IMG/VR virus record: IMGVR_UViG_3300050147_000079
DNA length: 64,000 nucleotides
Direction: 5' to 3' (one strand)
Source: a virus
Shown here: piece by piece, positions 61,060 to 64,000 of the stretch
How the letters are laid out: each line of letters starts with the position of its first letter
How positions within the stretch are numbered: position 1 is the stretch's first letter
The notes under the pieces: model-generated
Told to the model about the DNA's origin: nothing
Database searches by the model: none
The model's input: the letters and a program-made list of their open reading frames with translations, nothing else
Made by a program: the position numbers and the translations under genes

Positions 61060-62340
61060 TTACCGACGCTTTGGCTTTTGTTTACTAGTAGACATGGGCT
61101 TGTCTACGATGCCGAGGCTATCCTTCGCGGCAGCCTTCATGCCCTTCAACCATGCTTTGTGCGCTGGCGAGTCTTTCGGGTGTGGGTTCTTCGGCAGCAT
61201 CAGCTTTTTCCAAGCTTCAGAACCGGCAGTTTCCTCACCTTTTAGTGCATCATTCATGTGTTGCTTTGGAGAAGTAATGGCACGCTTGAACAGATCGCGA
61301 ACTTGCTCCTCTTCGTCGTACTCACGGTCGTTCGATCCAGCAGTTGTTGGAGTGCGCAGGTTGGCGGCAGGTTGGCGTTCGGAGCTCAGATCAACATCAC
61401 TGCCTGAGTCGCGGTCACCAGCTGGCATATCCAATCCTTCCAGATCATCTTCACCAGCTTCGCCTTGTTCCAAATCAGCCACACGCTGCTCTAGGTCATC
61501 AACACGCTGATCGATATCGTCATCAGGCTCACCTTCACCGAAGTCGATGTCAACGTCGGTGCTACCTGTGATGCGCGATGCCAGATCGTCTGGAGACATC
61601 GAGTCCGCATCCACGTCTGATTCAAAGTCGCCGGATTCCAGATCGTCAATTGAATCTGAACCTGCTGCATCAAAGTCATCACCTTCTTCGTTCTCTTCAC
61701 CGTACGCATCGGCCCAGATTGAAGCACGAAGCGACCCAGCAGGGAACGGGTTCTTGCGAGACTTTTTCAGTGCGACAGCTTTCGATAGTAGATTATGTGC
61801 GCGCGGAGCTTGTCGACGCGGGAACATTGATTCTTCATCTTCGGTGCCCTTTGCAGCTGCAAAATCCTGAGCGAATCCACTCGTCTCTTCTTCTTGGTCG
61901 CCAACCAGACCACCAAGAGTGCGAACGTCATCTTGGGCTTGGTTGATTTTGCTGCCCACGTGTGATGATACGCGAGCGTGTGCTTTGTTAACTTGGTATG
62001 CTTGCCACAAAGCTTTGACGATATTCTCTTTGGTTTGTTCCGCATCACCAGCGTCACCACTTGCGAGTGCGTCAACGAACGAATCGTTGTCTAGTACCTC
62101 GAACGCGATTTCGTTAAATGCTTGCTTACGATCAAGGCTCATGCCCTGCTCCTCAGCCATGTCCTTCATTACACTCAGCCACTCATTGTAGTGGTCAGGT
62201 GTAACTTCAAATTGTGACGCATCAAAGGCTTCCACCAACGAAGGCGTCTTCAAAACGGACTGAACGTGGCGAGCGAGCTCGAGTTCGGTATTTCCCATGC
62301 GCGATACGGCTTGCGCTTGGCGAATCAATTTTAATGACAT
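61060..62340 (-). CDS. Highly acidic late protein with an internally repeated KNPxPxxSxxxxxW motif
   Basis: D/E-rich; KNPFPAGSLRASIW and KNPHPKDSPAHKAW; TAAATA at plus 62369-62374. Confidence 0.7.
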   Translation of the reverse strand: MSLKLIRQAQAVSRMGNTELELARHVQSVLKTPSLVEAFDASQFEVTPDHYNEWLSVMKDMAEEQGMSLDRKQAFNEIAFEVLDNDSFVDALASGDAGDAEQTKENIVKALWQAYQVNKAHARVSSHVGSKINQAQDDVRTLGGLVGDQEEETSGFAQDFAAAKGTEDEESMFPRRQAPRAHNLLSKAVALKKSRKNPFPAGSLRASIWADAYGEENEEGDDFDAAGSDSIDDLESGDFESDVDADSMSPDDLASRITGSTDVDIDFGEGEPDDDIDQRVDDLEQRVADLEQGEAGEDDLEGLDMPAGDRDSGSDVDLSSERQPAANLRTPTTAGSNDREYDEEEQVRDLFKRAITSPKQHMNDALKGEETAGSEAWKKLMLPKNPHPKDSPAHKAWLKGMKAAAKDSLGIVDKPMSTSKQKPKRR

Positions 62341-62388
62341 ATCCAGGCTCCTAATTCGGATTGTGGCGTATTTATGGTGCAGCCTATT

Positions 62389-62706
62389 TCAGAGGTCCGG
62401 AAACGTGCCGAATTGGAACTTCGCCCACAACGGGAGTTGTTTGGACGCTGCGGGGTCTTCCATCCACATGGTAGTCACACCCCACACGCACCAACCATCT
62501 ACGTATACCTTACGCACTAGATGCTTCTTGTCGTCAATGATGGCACACAGGGGTTGGTTGGTTTGCTTATCCAGTTTGGAATAACGCTCAAAGCAGCTAG
62601 GATGGTACACTTGATGAGCGATATCGCTTAGATGCATCCAGTCAATATCACCAACAGTGTCTGCATTATGCAGCGTAGATGTAATGTCATCGGCGGTGTA
62701 GATCAT
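62389..62706 (-). CDS. Hypothetical protein
   Basis: Coupled to queD by an ATGA overlap. Confidence 0.6.
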   Translation of the reverse strand: MIYTADDITSTLHNADTVGDIDWMHLSDIAHQVYHPSCFERYSKLDKQTNQPLCAIIDDKKHLVRKVYVDGWCVWGVTTMWMEDPAASKQLPLWAKFQFGTFPDL

Positions 62707-63206
62707 GCGAACAGATCCTCACCCCACTCACGGTGGCCTTCGCGGAACGCCATGTTTGCTTGCGTCTCACGTACTTCAACACGGAAGCACCACAGACGGT
62801 TAGCTTCACCAGGACCCCAGTAGTCGGGGATGTATACGCCGTTTACGAACTTGTATAGTTGATCAGCCAAACCTTCACATCCAAGCTTCGGCAAAATTGT
62901 CAGCTTAGCCATCTTCTTTTCTTGAAGCAGCTTGTACGTAGCTAGTTCCGGGTCATCTTCCGCAACCAGCAGGGTGTGGTCAAACTGGTCTTGCAGGACG
63001 TTCTTCAGCTCCTTCAGGCCACCGTAGTCAGCCGCCCAATTACGAACGTCAAGATCGTTTGTGCCGAAGTAGAACTTCATGCTAAATGCGTAGCCGTGAA
63101 TCAGATTACAATGGCTGTCTGCTCGCCACTGACGGTAGGCAACGGGGAAAGCGTCAACATATTCTTTTGTTGACACGTACTTGTATTGGATTGGTTGAAA
63201 TGACAT
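62703..63206 (-). CDS. queD: 6-carboxy-5,6,7,8-tetrahydropterin synthase (QueD/PTPS family)
   Basis: SHCNLIHGY, DYGGLKELK..FDHTLL and VEVRE motifs; likely start at 63206 after SD GGAG. Confidence 0.85.
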   Translation of the reverse strand: MSFQPIQYKYVSTKEYVDAFPVAYRQWRADSHCNLIHGYAFSMKFYFGTNDLDVRNWAADYGGLKELKNVLQDQFDHTLLVAEDDPELATYKLLQEKKMAKLTILPKLGCEGLADQLYKFVNGVYIPDYWGPGEANRLWCFRVEVRETQANMAFREGHREWGEDLFA

Positions 63207-63235
63207 GTTGGTCTCCATATTATTGTTGTCATTGT

Positions 63236-63274
63236 GGGCGCAGAATTATTTGAGGGATGAGCCCGAGACCTCAG
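63236..63274 (-). promoter_or_regulatory. preQ1-I-like riboswitch candidate (H-type pseudoknot)
   Basis: P1 UGAGG/CCUCA; loop UCUCGGGCUCAUC; A-rich tail; loop GGGC can pair with tail GCCC; lies between a TATAAT and queD. Confidence 0.5.
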
Positions 63275-63295
63275 TCAGTATTATATAGGCAAACA

Positions 63296-63323
63296 AAAAG
63301 GGGAGACAACGTCTCCCCTTTTT
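63296..63323. terminator. Bidirectional intrinsic terminator
   Basis: AAAAAGGGGAGAC-AAC-GTCTCCCCTTTTT. Confidence 0.85.
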
Positions 63324-63328
63324 GCGCT

Positions 63329-63670
63329 TTACCAAGACACCACTTGTTGGATTTGAAATCCATCAGCATTTAACCGCTGTTCTTCTTGTATCTCTTGAAT
63401 GTACCCTGCATTGTCGGTCATTAACTTCTGGTAGAAAGCTCTGGCTGCATCATAATCATACTCAACCACAGATGTTCCGAACCATTCAACCAATGAATGT
63501 TGTTCCGAAAAAGCATTCACCACATCGAGATCTAGATCATAGATTGATGCGTCACAATAGAACCAACTTTCAAGGTATTCGTTGACCTCACCTTGGCTCA
63601 ACGTTTTGAGTGTCTTTGTGTCGTTTTTCAGAAACCAACCTCGCATCAGGTCGTGCATAAAATCACTCAT
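63329..63670 (-). CDS. Hypothetical protein
   Basis: Likely start MSDFMH; ends at the terminator. Confidence 0.6.
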   Translation of the reverse strand: MSDFMHDLMRGWFLKNDTKTLKTLSQGEVNEYLESWFYCDASIYDLDLDVVNAFSEQHSLVEWFGTSVVEYDYDAARAFYQKLMTDNAGYIQEIQEEQRLNADGFQIQQVVSW

Positions 63671-63672
63671 GA

Positions 63673-64000
63673 TCAGTCCTTCCGATTGCCTTTGTTGACG
63701 TACTTCACCCAAGCAGCTTTCCAGTTAGTAGCAATTTCATGCTGGGCTTGCGTCAGAGGAATTTCACCCTTGCACACCATGTAGTGCAGCTTGTTTTCTA
63801 GACGATCCTTCATTGAGGCGTTCCACACACCAACGTACGGCGTTGGCCACAGATTGGTGATGTCATTGCTGCCACCCAGTTCCAGACTGATTAGATGGTC
63901 AACCTCACAACCACGAGGACCAGCACAGAATCCAGTATGGTTGCCACCAGGGTTACCGTATGCCTTGTACACAGCCTTCTTCACTGATTCGGGAACATTC
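63673..64000 (-). CDS. HNH-like domain protein, 5' end outside the window
   Basis: CEVDHLISLELGGSNDITNLWP..KDRLENKLH..VC. Confidence 0.7.
   Translation of the reverse strand, partial: NVPESVKKAVYKAYGNPGGNHTGFCAGPRGCEVDHLISLELGGSNDITNLWPTPYVGVWNASMKDRLENKLHYMVCKGEIPLTQAQHEIATNWKAAWVKYVNKGNRKD

Noticed and set aside
1-64000. Stop-codon reassignment as seen in some jumbo phages
   Set aside because: Recognisable genes (SmpB, rIIA, helicase, CDF, QueD) are full length in the standard code, TAA, TGA and TAG all end plausible genes, and no suppressor tRNA was seen.

Overview
This window looks like part of a large (jumbo) tailed-phage genome. It has rIIA/rIIB and T4-like TAAATA late-promoter motifs, and a proteobacterial, possibly betaproteobacterial, host is inferred from the SmpB and ACP sequences. 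From 1 to 29.45 kb it is a dense, minus-strand array of mostly small hypothetical genes. Many have their own sigma70-type promoter, and in at least 20 cases the -10 box sits in the loop of an inverted repeat. From 29.45 to 31.2 kb there is a repeat-rich strand-switch zone with an HNH gene. From 31 to 64 kb are accessory and auxiliary genes: a phosphatase, a TAXI binding protein with two holin-like paralogs, an AAA ATPase, a CDF transporter, a SET protein, rIIA, rIIB, an RlmN-like radical SAM enzyme, an SF2 helicase, a kinase-like protein and QueD. The most striking observations are: (1) an in-frame rIIB-acyl carrier protein fusion with an intact LGADSLD motif; (2) hairpin-embedded promoters whose stems are conserved in pairing but not in sequence; (3) several unexplained structured RNAs, including a cluster of long-stem-closed units around tRNA-Thr, a 123-nt enlarged tRNA-like RNA ending in CCA, an ORF-poor unit of about 560 nt, a three-copy antisense-oriented sRNA-like motif, and a preQ1-I-like pseudoknot upstream of queD; and (4) a roughly 50-aa domain shared by five early proteins. 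All calls come from reading motifs by eye; no database searches or folding programs were run.
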